64,000 nt of DNA from Rebecca billardiae RCC1528. Lineage: Eukaryota; Protista; Haptophyta. The stretch spans positions 2,666,001 through 2,730,000 of the forward strand of contig OZ251226.1 of NCBI GenBank assembly GCA_965240325.2. Direction: 5' to 3'. Numbering within the stretch: the first letter of the stretch is position 1; every line of letters starts with the position of its first letter. Below, one piece after another: positions 1-10,599 of this stretch. A program made the position numbers and the translations under genes. The notes under the pieces are model-generated. The model did not search any database, was not told the origin of the DNA, and saw only the letters and a list, made by a program, of their open reading frames with translations.

Positions 1-552
1 CTCGACGTGCATGAGGTGCGCGACGCGGTCGGCGAAGTCGCCAAAGTGGACGACGGTCGGCGGGCCGACGACGCGCGCCCTCGGCCCGAGCAGCGTCAGG
101 CAGCCGTCCCCGCGCCCCGGCCGCGTGCACAGGTGCGCCGTGTACCCGCCGTCGAGGCAGAGCTCGCGCTCGTACAGCTCTCGATACGCGTCGGGCCCGC
201 CCGCCCAGTACTCCTGCAGGGCGATGATGTCCGGGCGCGAGCGCTCGAGCTGCCGCACGATCGCCTGGTGCCGCGGCATCCACAGCCCCTCGTCCGTGCT
301 CTCGCGCACCCCCTCGTTGTTGATGCGGTTGAAGATCGGGTTGAGCACGTTGAACGATGTGATCTGCAGGTCGACCGCGCCCGCCGGCACGGCGGCGCCG
401 TCGGGCGCGCCGAGCACGGCCATAGGGCCGGGGGCGGTCGCCACGTGGCTCCGCGGGCCAACGCGCCATGCCACGGGGAGCAGCCGCCCGCCGCGGCGCA
501 CGGGGGCGGCGTAGGAGAGCGCCAGCAGGCACCACGCCTCGGAGAGACCCAT
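1..552 (-). CDS. Endonuclease/exonuclease/phosphatase (EEP) family protein, 5' part only; gene runs off the window start
   Basis: Not in the ORF track (no stop inside the window). Manual translation from ATG 552: MGLSEAWCLLALSYAAP...DLQITSFNVLNPIFNRI...RES...WMPRHQAIVRQLERSRPDIIALQEYW...RPGRGDGCLTLL...HFGDFADRVAHLMHVE. The SFNVL and DIIALQE EEP motifs and the DFxDRVA motif resemble the plant At1g02270-type EEP family. Hydrophobic N-terminus suggests a signal/targeting peptide. Confidence 0.8.
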   Translation of the reverse strand, partial: MGLSEAWCLLALSYAAPVRRGGRLLPVAWRVGPRSHVATAPGPMAVLGAPDGAAVPAGAVDLQITSFNVLNPIFNRINNEGVRESTDEGLWMPRHQAIVRQLERSRPDIIALQEYWAGGPDAYRELYERELCLDGGYTAHLCTRPGRGDGCLTLLGPRARVVGPPTVVHFGDFADRVAHLMHVE

Positions 553-785
553 CCCCCCGCGATGGCAGCTCCGCTCGGCGTGCGTGCTGACGAAATGAGC
601 TGTCTCCGCTCGACAGACGAATTCTTCGTCGCGAAAACATCAGCGCGCCATCGTGGCATCGTCGTCGTCGTCAATGCTGATCGAAAGTCCGGTGCTGCGG
701 GCCTTACAACGTTGAAATTACGAGCCTTTGGCGTCCCTGACGACTGACGGCCAGGCGCGCCCCGGCCCGAGCCCGGCGTGGCACG

Positions 786-3700
786 ATGGCGAAGCTACAG
801 CGCATCCACTCGATGACGAAGCGGTCGATCGCAATGGGTGACACGGACATTGAGCGCGTCGCCGTCGAGCTGGAGGCCATCATGTCCGATGAGCACTTTG
901 CCGGCCACCCGGCGCTGCGCGAGTGCATGCTGCCGGGCGGCTGGCTCCCGATCGCGTCCGTGCTCAACTACACGCCGCTCGGCCGGGCCGTCTGGCCTTA
1001 CGGCGGCGTGGGCGTGGTCGGCGACTGCCTCACCACACGCGGCTCGCTCGTCGTCGAGCTGAGCGGCGACCGCATGTGCGTGCGCAGCAAGCCGCTGCGC
1101 GTGCAGCTGCGCGAGCAGCTCGAGTTTGTCTTCTCGGACACCAACTACCCGAAGGACATGCACCTGCAGCTGCTCGAGGACGCGGAGGGGTTCGCGAAGC
1201 TCGACGTCGTGTGCTCCACGTACACGCAGACGCGGATGCTCCTCAACCCCGTCCCGACCGACGCGCAGCGCGCGGTGCTCGTGCGCGAGGCGGTCGAGTC
1301 GAGCTCCGAGCTGATCTTCAAGCCGCCGTCCAAGCCGCAGGACGGGATGGGCTTCGTGCGCCGGATGACGCTGAGCGAGAAGATCCGCTCGCAGGTCGAG
1401 TTCTACCTCGAGCAGGAGCGCATGGCCTCCGACCGCTTCCTCATCGAGCAGGCGCGCGACCACGACGGGTACGTGCCGATCGCGACGATCCTCTCGTTCC
1501 CGCGCATGCGCAAGCTGGTGCACCCGCAGGTGGCGGCGGTGGCGCACGTGCTCTCCAAGTCGGCCAAGGTGGAGGTGTCGGCGGACCGCACGCTCGTCCG
1601 CCCGCGCGTCGCGCCGCCCGAGTCGCCCGCGCGCGCCAGCGTGCCCACGGGCACGGCGCGCGCGCAGGTGCTCTTAGTGCTCGAGCGGCTGCTGTCCGAT
1701 GCGTCGCTCACGCTCGACCGGCGAATGCAGGCGGCGATCGTGGCGCACTCGCCGGCGGACGCGCTGCGCAGCGGCGGGTCGGGCGTGCGCCTGCCCGTCG
1801 AGGAGGTGCTGCTGCACCCCGACGTCGCGCGCGTGCTCGGCGCCGCGGGCGCGATGGGCGACGGCGCGGCCGAGCTGCTTGGCCAGCCGCACCCGCCCGG
1901 CTCGTCGGCGGGCGCGGCCGCGGCGCTGCTGCGCAAGAAGCTGGTCGGGCTGCTGCCGCAGGTGGGCGAGTCGTCGCTGCTGTGCCTGTCGGCCGACGGC
2001 GCGTTCGTCGAGCGCCTCGTGCCCACGCCCGAGGTCCGGCAGCTCCGCTCCGCCGAGCCCGCCGGCGTGCGCGCGAGCGGCACGCCCGCGCCGCCGTCGG
2101 TGCCGCCCGACTTCAGCCTGATGACGTACAACCTACTGGCAGACATGCTGTGCACCGTCGAGCAGTTCCCCGAGGTGAACGTGGACGCGCTGGACTGGGC
2201 GCACCGGCGGCCGCTGATCGAGAAGGAGATCGTCTTCCACTCGCCCGACCTGCTCTGCGTGCAGGAGCTCCAGGGCACCGCCGAGGGCAAGGGCGAGGGC
2301 GACCACCGCGCAGAGCTCAGCGCCGCGCTCTCCGCACACGGGTACGAACACCGGTACGTGCGCAAGGTGAAGCGCGACGGCTCGAGCTGGCCGGGGCCAC
2401 AGATCGGGAACGCGATCTTCTGGCGGAGCGCGACGTTCGAGTACGTAGAGCACGAGGAGGTGCTCATCGCGCCGCTCCTCAACGGCGCGTGCGACGACGA
2501 GATCTCGCGCGCGTACTTCTGCCGCGGCGCGCAGGTCGGGCTCGTGCTGGTGCTGCGGCACCGCGCGACCGGACGGACAGTCGTCGCCGTCACGACGCAC
2601 CTCTCGTGCAACTTCCAGGAGCCGGTGACGCAGATCGCGCAGATACACCAGGTGCTCACCGTCGCGGCGGGCGTCGTCGAGCGCCACGAGGGCGCGGCCG
2701 TCGTCCTCGGCGCAGACCTCAACTCCATCCCCGGCTCCGGCTGCTACCAGCTGCTCACGGCAGGGACGCTGCACACGGCGCACCCGCACATGCACATCGT
2801 GCACTCGGACGTGCGCATGCCCTCGTTCGGCGACTACGGCGGCGACGGCGACCCGCTGTACCACCCGCTCGGCCTGCAGTCCGCGTACACACACTTGCTC
2901 GGTGCGCGCCGCCGACGCGCGTCAGCACGCCCGTCGCGCCGCGGGCCAGCGCACCCTGGCGGCGGCGCCGCGCCGCCCGCGCTGACGTGCGCCCGCCGCT
3001 CGCGCGCGCGCCCACGGCCGGCGTGGCTCCCGCAGGCCAGGAGCCGCTCTTCACCAACTTCACCGGGCCGCCGTCCAACTTCGTGGGCACGCTCGACTAC
3101 ATCATGCACAGCGCAAATACGCTCGTCGCCAAGCGCGTGCTCGAGCTGCCGTCCGAGGTGCGCCGTGCGCGGCGCTGGCCGCGGCGCCGGCGGAGCGCGC
3201 GCGCCGCGCGCCGGCCCCGGGCCCCCTCGGCGCGCGCGCTCAGCTCCTGGCCCTCGTGCGCGCGGCGCCCGGCTCCGCAGGACACGGTGCGCAAGGAGAA
3301 GTGCCTGCCGTCCTCTCGCTTCCCAAGCGACCACCTGCCGCTGCTGGCCGAGTTCACGCTGCGCGAGCTCCGCCCGGGGCGCGCCGCGCTGCCGCGGCCC
3401 ATCCAGGTGCACACGGCGCTGGCGGGCGCCGCGCCCGAGGCAGTGGACTCGCCCACACCGACCGACATGCTGGTCTCGCCAAAGCGATCGCGAGAAGGCG
3501 TGCTCATCAGCTCGGTGCGCGAGCAGGGGATGGAGACCGACGGGGCCAGCGGCACGGCGGGCGCTGCGCAACAGCTGCTGCCGCCGCCGCCGCTCCCGGC
3601 TCGCAATGGAGAGGGAGAAGGCTCGCCTGGCGACAGCAGCGGCGGCGGCAGCGCCTCAAAGGCAGGCCGCCACCACCGCGCCCGTGGAGGGCGGCGGAAT

Positions 3701-3820
3701 TCGCGCGGCGGCGCCGACGGGCCATGGCGCCAGCAGGCTGAAGCGGGGGGCGACCCAGCGTCAGCTGACGGGCGACCAAGCCCGCCACTGCCGCGGCCGC
3801 GGAGCGTCTTTCCGGATTGA
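786..3820 (+). CDS. Multi-La-motif (winged-helix RNA-binding) protein fused to a CCR4/Angel/nocturnin-type EEP nuclease/phosphatase
   Basis: join(786..2901,3036..3157,3281..3820); GT-AG introns restore LLG|QEPLFTNFT and LPSE|DTVRK. La motifs: QLEFVFSDTNYPKD, QVEFYLEQERMASDRFL...DGYVPIATILSFPRMRKL, plus two more degenerate copies. EEP motifs: MTYNLLAD, LCVQE, GADLNS, TLDYI, PSDHLPL. Confidence 0.85.
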
Positions 3821-4160
3821 TCGCTGGTGCGCGCGAGCAGGACTCGTCGCGTGCTGCGTGTAGACTGATGTGCCACGCGGTCTGACGATGCGCATCGGCA
3901 TCTGGCTGCCGGCGCCGGCCTCGCGACGAGGACTTAACGCGTGGAGTGCGCGCTTATTTATTCCTAAGCGGAATCTTTTTTATTAAATTATCTTATAGAC
4001 TGATTATCCGTGACGGGACGTACTTAATACCCTGGATGATGATGGGACCATATTGTGATTGACAGTTACTGCCGTTGGCAGCCTCAGATTCGCTGCTGGT
4101 CGAGTGGTCGCTTGGCAACGCTTGCAGACGACTGAGCGCCCGCGGCCATGCAGCGGAACG

Positions 4161-4943
4161 TCATGCCTCATCAGGCTCACCATCGGCATCAGCCACTGCT
4201 GGGGCTGATGCCTCGCAGGAATCGTCCAAGGCTTCAGGGCGCGGGGTGTAGATGTACAGCCACTCGTCCGCTGGGTCGTGCGCCTGCTCCGCGGACGCCA
4301 CGGACTCGGGCACGGCGCTGCTCAGCGAGATGGTGTCCACGTCAAAGCTCTCGAGCGCGCTCGTGAAGAAGTGCATGTCGTCAAACAGCTCGCCTCGGAA
4401 CTCATAGCACACGTAGACTTTTGTGCGCGCGTGCGAGAGCTGGCGCATCGTCCAGAGCAGGGCATCGAATGTCTCCGGCGCTTGCTTGTATAGCAGCTCG
4501 CTCGCGATGATCACGTCGAAGGCGCGCGTGCCGGCGGCGTGCCGGAGCGCGCGCACGTCTTGCGCACTCCCCCACGTGCACTGGTGTGCCCTGCACACGG
4601 TCTGCAGCTGATTGCGCGAGATATTGTCCTCAACCAACGGAAGCGCATCTGGGACGTCGGTGATCCACACCTGCGTGGCGCCCAGGGCCGCGCAGATCAT
4701 TCCTGCCGCTCCGGATCCTGCTCCGAGCTCGACCACTGTGCGGCCGCGGACCTCCGCCGGACGCGCGCAGAGCCAGCGGCCAAAGGTGAGGGTGGCGGGC
4801 CAGACCTTCAGATTGGTGCCGTCTGCCGTGCGCCTGGTGGCGGCGCCAGCCTGTGGACGCTGCTCGAGCTCGAGCTCGACACCGCTCGCGGCATCTGCGA
4901 ATGAGATGCACGCGTCCTCGTGCGCCTTCCACGTCCGCAGCAT
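4161..4943 (-). CDS. METTL21/Methyltransf_16-family protein-lysine methyltransferase
   Basis: GTNLKVWPA, VVELGAGSG (SAM motif I), ITD, W-G, FDVIIASELLY (DxxY-like). First ATG at 4943. Confidence 0.85.
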   Translation of the reverse strand: MLRTWKAHEDACISFADAASGVELELEQRPQAGAATRRTADGTNLKVWPATLTFGRWLCARPAEVRGRTVVELGAGSGAAGMICAALGATQVWITDVPDALPLVEDNISRNQLQTVCRAHQCTWGSAQDVRALRHAAGTRAFDVIIASELLYKQAPETFDALLWTMRQLSHARTKVYVCYEFRGELFDDMHFFTSALESFDVDTISLSSAVPESVASAEQAHDPADEWLYIYTPRPEALDDSCEASAPAVADADGEPDEA

Positions 4944-5387
4944 GGCGCCCAACGGCGCCTGATCGGAAAAGGTGGATGCCCACGGTGGATCTCAAGCCGT
5001 GGAGATCGCAACGTCGGCAACGACCTTTTACTTGGCCAACGATGATGTTGAGTGAGGTCACATGAATACTGGGCTGGTTTCTGGGTATCTAAAGTCATAT
5101 GGCGAAAAGCTGTTCGTAACGAACAATTGCGCCGGACTTCCAAACCTCGTCGGCCAAGACTCTGATTTGCTGCCGTCACCGTCACAGGTCGCTGGTCGGG
5201 CAGGAAGGCGCCAACCTGAGGCGGGCGTCACAAGGCGAAAGGCCACTCGGAGGACGAGCCCTCCTCGGCGCGGGGCTGGTGAAGGCGCAGCCCGCGGCGC
5301 GTGCGGGTGAGGAGGCGCTCGACGCGGCGGATCTGAGCCCTACCCCGACGCCAGCCGCGCTTAGCCACCGCCTGCCCCACCACCACC

Positions 5388-7134
5388 ATGGAGGTCATCT
5401 GCCACACGGAGCACGCTCACATCTCGACTGACGCGCAGCAGCTTCTCGTCGTGGCTGAGCTGACTCCCCACGCGCTGAGTGCGGCTGGGCTCGACGCGCG
5501 CTCAGTTGCAGCCGAGCTGCGGCCCGAGGCCCCGCCAAGCGGCGACGAGCACACATCGGCATCGCCACCGCCCATGCGCGCGTCATCTCGCTCGGGCTCA
5601 CCCGATCGCGCCGAAGCGTCTCCGCGGCCTGCCGCCGCCGGTGATGAGGCGCGCGCGCCCTCCCCGAGAGCTCCGCCGCCGGGGGAGGCACCGCCACCGA
5701 CCTCCCACCCGTCCCAAGACGCCTGCCTGCTCGAGCAGTGCGGCCTGGGCTGGCGCGTGCGCAGCCCGCACCCGAGGCGCAGCCCGTGGACGGTGGTCGC
5801 GCAGCGCGTGCGCCTCTCGGTCGAGGTGTCGGACGGCGTGCAGGTCGAGCGCATCTGGAATGTCCGGTGCGTGGCACGGCTCCCGGCCGCGCATGCGCGC
5901 GCGCGCGCGCACGCGCCCCTCCCCGCCCCGCCGCCCATCCGCACGCCCGGGCAGCGCGCGCCCCCCGTGCTGCCGCGCCGCCCGTGCCGCCTGCGCCGCC
6001 TGCGCCGCCTCGCGCGCCCGCCTCGCGCACGCGCACGCGCATCCTCCCCGCGTGGGCCCGCCGCCACGCCTGCTCACCGCCGCGTACGTGCGCGCGCGTG
6101 CCCCGCCCACGCGCCCCCCGCGCGCGCGTCGCTCCCGCGCGCAGCGCCGGCCAAGCGGTGCCGAGTGCGTGCGCGCCCTCGGCGCCGTGCGAGGCTTCGC
6201 TCGACGACGTGCACGGCGGCGCCAGCCTGCGCGTGCCGATCCTGCTGCAGCTCGCGGCGGTGCAGCCGCCGACGCCGCCGGCCGAAGACCCGAGCATGCA
6301 CCCGCCCAACGGCGGCGCGGAGCGCGGCGGCGCGTCCGACGAGGCGGGCCCGCCGCTGCTCAGCGTGACCGTGCGCGTGCACTACTTTGACGCGGTCGGC
6401 ACGTGCGCCGCCGACTGCGAGGCGGAGGTGCAGGTGCAGCGGCTGCCGCACGCGCAGCTCGGCGCGCGGCAGCGCGAGCACGCGCGCGAGGCCGGCGCGG
6501 CCGCCGCGCACAGCGCCGCGCTCGTCCACGCCGAGCGCGCGCGTCTCAGCTCGGAGGATGGCCTCGAGCGCGCCGCGGCCGAGGCGAACGCTGCAAACCT
6601 GCCGGGCGCGCGCGCGATCCTGCTGGCGGTGCTCGAGCGGCTGGGCGAGCACTCGCGCGGGGGCGAGGCCGAGGCGGCGGCGGCGCACGCGCTCGCGGCC
6701 GCCGTGCGCGCGAGCCTCGCGCGGCTGCGCCCGCACGACGCGCGCGACGGCGCGGTGAGGCACGCGGGCCCGGCAACCGCCGCGCCGTGCTCTGACAAGG
6801 ATCGAGAGAGGGAGGTGCTGTCTGCCGGCGCGCTCGACGTGCGCCCGTCCGCCGGGCTGACGGGGGGCAGCCTCACGCCGCCGCCCGCGAGCGCGGCCTT
6901 TGGCAACGGCGCCGCCAGCCCCGAGCTCGCGACCCTCGGCTCGGCCGCTCTCAGCGGGGGCGCCCTGCTTGGGCGGCAGGGCGGCGCGCACGTGTCGCCG
7001 CCCGCGCAGGGCCACGGCTTTGACCTGCGCGCGCCGCTCAAGCCGCGCACGTTCTCGCTGCCCTCGTTCGGGGCGACCTCGCCCGGCGCGGCCGGCAGCG
7101 GCGGCAGCGGCAGCGCCGGCGGCGCCGCCGCCGC

Positions 7135-7166
<32 letters not shown>

Positions 7167-9752
7167 CGGCCGGCGGCCCCAAGTCTCATGGCGGTACGGA
7201 GGGCGGCGGCAGCGCGGCGAGCAGCCTCGCCGGCGTCTTCGGCCTGAGCGCCTTCGACGGCGGCGCGCGTGCGGCGGGCGCCGACCGAGGCGCGGACGGC
7301 GCAGGCCAGCTGGGCGTCGCGGGCGCCGCGCTCGGCGTGGGCCGCGGCCTCGCGGGCGGCGGCGGCGGCGGCGCGTCGGGCAGCGCCGCCAGCCTCACTC
7401 GGCAGTGGCAGTGGCGCCGGCGCTCCGTGCCGCGCGACGCGGGCGAGCAGCCGCGCTCCTCCCTCGGCGCGCCGATGCTCGGCCTCGCGCGCGGCCTCAC
7501 CGTCACCGGCTCCGCGGGCGGCGGCGCCGGCGGGCCCGCCGCCGCGCACGCCCACGCGGAGGGCCTCCCGGTCGACGGGCTCGAGGGGTTGGGTGTGGGC
7601 GGCCATGGGCACGCGCCCGCGCCTCCGCTCGCACTCGGGCCGAGGCTGACGTCCTCCGCGTCGCTGCGGCTGCTGCGCGGGCGCGGGCGCGGCCCGCCGC
7701 CGCTGCTGATGCCGCTGCACACCGCGCAGGCGCACGCCGCCTCGCTGCCGCCGGGCGCGGCCGGGCCCTCCGCGGTGGGCGGCCTGGCCATCACGCAGCC
7801 GCTGCCGCCGATGGGCGGCGGGGGGCTGACAGGCACCTCGGCATCGCGCGCGCCGACGCCGGGCAAGCCCTCCCTCGAGGAGTGGCTGTGCCGGCTGCTC
7901 CGCCGCCCCGTGCCCGCCTCGCTGCCCGACGACGTCGTGTGGCACATCCTCTCCTTCCTGCAGCCCGCGCACGCCTTCTCCGAGGCGCTCGCCTCGCCCA
8001 CGCACATTGTCGACCGCGCGGCGAGCGTGCGCGGCACCTTCACGACCATCTCTGCGGCGCTGCGCGCGGCGAGCCACGGGGACCGGATCATCGTGCGGCC
8101 GGGGATCTACCGCGAGAGCCTGCGCGTCGACGTGTGCGTGGCGATCATCGCGATGAACGGCGCGGGCGTCTCCGTCGGCGCGGGCGCGGGCGCGGCGGCG
8201 CCGGGCGCGAGCGGCGGCGCCGTGCTCACCAGCGCGCGCAACCACACGCTGCAGTGCACCGCGCCGCTCGCGCGGGTCGAGGGGATGACGCTGCGCCAGA
8301 CGGGCTCGTCGGGCCGCTCGTGCGTGCTCACGCCGCGCGGGCAGCTCGAGGTGTGCGCGTGCGACGTGAGCTCCGCCTCCGGCCTGTGCGTCGAGGTGAC
8401 GGACCGCGCACTCCCCACGATCCGCTACTCGCGCGTGCACGACGGCGCGGCCGCCGGCCTTTGGTTCCGCACCGGCAGCGGCGGCATCGTCGACGGCAAC
8501 GAGATCATGGGCAACGGCTGGTCGGGCGTGCAGATCTCGGAGGGGTCGAACCCGACGCTCGTGCGCAACTTCATCCACGACAACAAGTCCGCCGGCGTGA
8601 TCTCCTTCAACGGCGGCCGCGGCGTCGCCACGCACAACGACATCTCGACCAACGGCAAGGGCGGTGTGCAGGTGCGCTCGGGCGCGTCGCCCGAGCTGCG
8701 CACCAACCGCATCTTTGACGAGCGCTCGTTCGGGATCTGGGTGTACGAGCGCGGGCTCGGGCACTTCGAGGACAACGAGATCGTCGACAACGCGTGGAGC
8801 GGCTTCCAGGTGGAGGAGGGCTCCGCGCCGACGGTGATTGCGAACCGGCTGAGCGGCAACCGCAGCGCCGGCATCGTCGTCTACAACCGCGGCTCCGGTG
8901 CGCGCCGCGCCGCGCCGCGCCGCGCCGCGCCGCGCCGTGCGCGCGCGGACGGAGGGCACGCGGCGGGCGCGCGCCCGTCACGCCAGGCCCGTGGCTCACG
9001 CCCGCGCGCCCGCGCGCCCGTGCGCCACCGCCCCCGTGCGGCGCAGGCGTGTACGAGTGGAACGACATCAGCGCCAACGGCCGCTGCGGCGTTCAGATCA
9101 AGAGCGGCAGGTGAGCGCGGCGCGGCGCGGCGCGGCGCGGCGCTGCAGACGCGGACGCGGACGCGCGCGCGCCGGACGCCGGTGGGCTCGGTGGCGGCGG
9201 CGGGCGCGCGCTCTCTCGCCCACTCGCGCCGGCCCGCCCGCGCTTCCCGCCGCCCCCGCCCCGCTCGCCCCGCGCAGCGCGCCGTGCTTCCGGTACAACC
9301 GCATCCACCACGAGAAGCAGGCGGGCGTTCTCACGGCTGAGGACGGCACGGGCACGCTCGAGGACAACGACATCTTCGACAACCAGTGGTCGGGCGTGCA
9401 GACGGAGGGGCCGTCGGACCCGCTGCTGCGGCGCAACCGCATCCACCACAACGGCGGCGCCGGCTTCATCGCGTACCAGAACGGCTCGGGCCGCCTCGAG
9501 CGCAACCACATCTACGACAACAAGAAGTACGGCGTGCAGTCAAAGACGGGCGGCCACCCGACCGTGCGCGCCAACCGGATCCACGACAAGACGTACGGCA
9601 TCTACCTCACAGAGTCGGGCGCGGGCGTGTTCGAGAACAACACGATCCACTCGCTCGGCGCGGCACGGCAGGGCGGCGGCGGCGGCGCCGGCGCAGGGAT
9701 CTACGTCTCGGCCGACTGCAGCCCCGTGCTCAACAACAACGAGGGCGCATGA
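5388..9752 (+). CDS. FBXO11/FBXO10-like F-box protein with right-handed parallel beta-helix (CASH) repeats and a long N-terminal extension
   Basis: join(5388..5866,6145..8897,9047..9110,9278..9752). F-box-like SLPDDVVWHILSFL; FTTISAALRAASHGDRIIVRPGIYRE; many NxIxxNxxxGV/I repeats. The first exon structure is less certain. Confidence 0.75.
7139..7165 (+). repeat. (GGC)9 coding trinucleotide repeat (poly-Gly)
   Basis: Direct read; encodes GGGGGGGGG in the low-complexity linker. Confidence 0.9.
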
Positions 9753-10599
9753 CTTGAGCAGTCGATAATAGCAGTCGATCTTTCTCTTAGACGGGAATAT
9801 ATCGCTTATATATCGGAGCGAGGCGCGTCAGGCGGGGTGACTCTATACATGACGATGATGACGACGACGATGACTGATCTTTCGTGTTAAAGTGAAAGCC
9901 GTCAGGTTGTAGTTGTACAGATTTATTGTCCGGTTAAGTACGACCCGGCGGCATATATTAATGATGTATATACATACATATGCGCATGGTCGTCTCGGAA
10001 GAAGCAGCAGCGCATCAGTCACATCCGCCGAGTAGTCGTGCTGGCAGCGCGGCCTCAATGGGAGTGATGAGGGACGATACGCACGCCCCGGAACGACGGG
10101 AACGAACACGCGTGAGCATAGTATTAGTAGCGCCAGACCGCAGTCTGCCTATCTGGACGAGCCGTGCCTCGCAGCGGAGACAGACGAGTCGTGCTTCGGC
10201 GACTGCGAGTTCTTGTAGTGATGGTGTACAGGAGCAAGTCGCGCGCCGCAGGTTGATGGTGCGGGCGTGCTCATCGTGTGACCGTGCTGGAGTGGAGTGG
10301 TAGAGGGGCGCCGGCTGCCGTGCCCCGGCAGATGGCGACAGGCCTTCTGCTGGAGTCGGGCGCGGCTGTGGAGAGAGGCGCCGCGAGCAGCGCGCGTCGA
10401 TGGGTGGGCGCACAAGCCGCCGCGGTGCTCCAGGCATGCCGCGCGGTCGGCGCTCGGCTCGGCGTGAGCCAGCCAGGCCATGTCGGGTGCGCGTCCGGCG
10501 CACCGAGCGCACGGCTCGGCGCGCGGCGCACACGCGCGCCCAGCCGGCCTCGTCGCCGGCGCGCCCCCGTGATGGGCGGGGGACAGCGGCCGCGCGGCC

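Noticed and set aside
786-3863. Apparent frameshifts in La-EEP, PFK, IFT88, HDAC, cathepsin and others as programmed frameshifting or pseudogenes
   Set aside because: Each is resolved by a GT-AG intron that restores the frame and conserved motifs.
6074-8959. Very long antisense/alternate-frame ORFs (e.g. 6074..8959-, 10940..12883+, 29422..31704-, 20503..22224+, 26049..27539+)
   Set aside because: Shadows of real genes caused by extreme GC3 bias and scarce stop codons; Arg/Ala/Gly-rich with no motifs.
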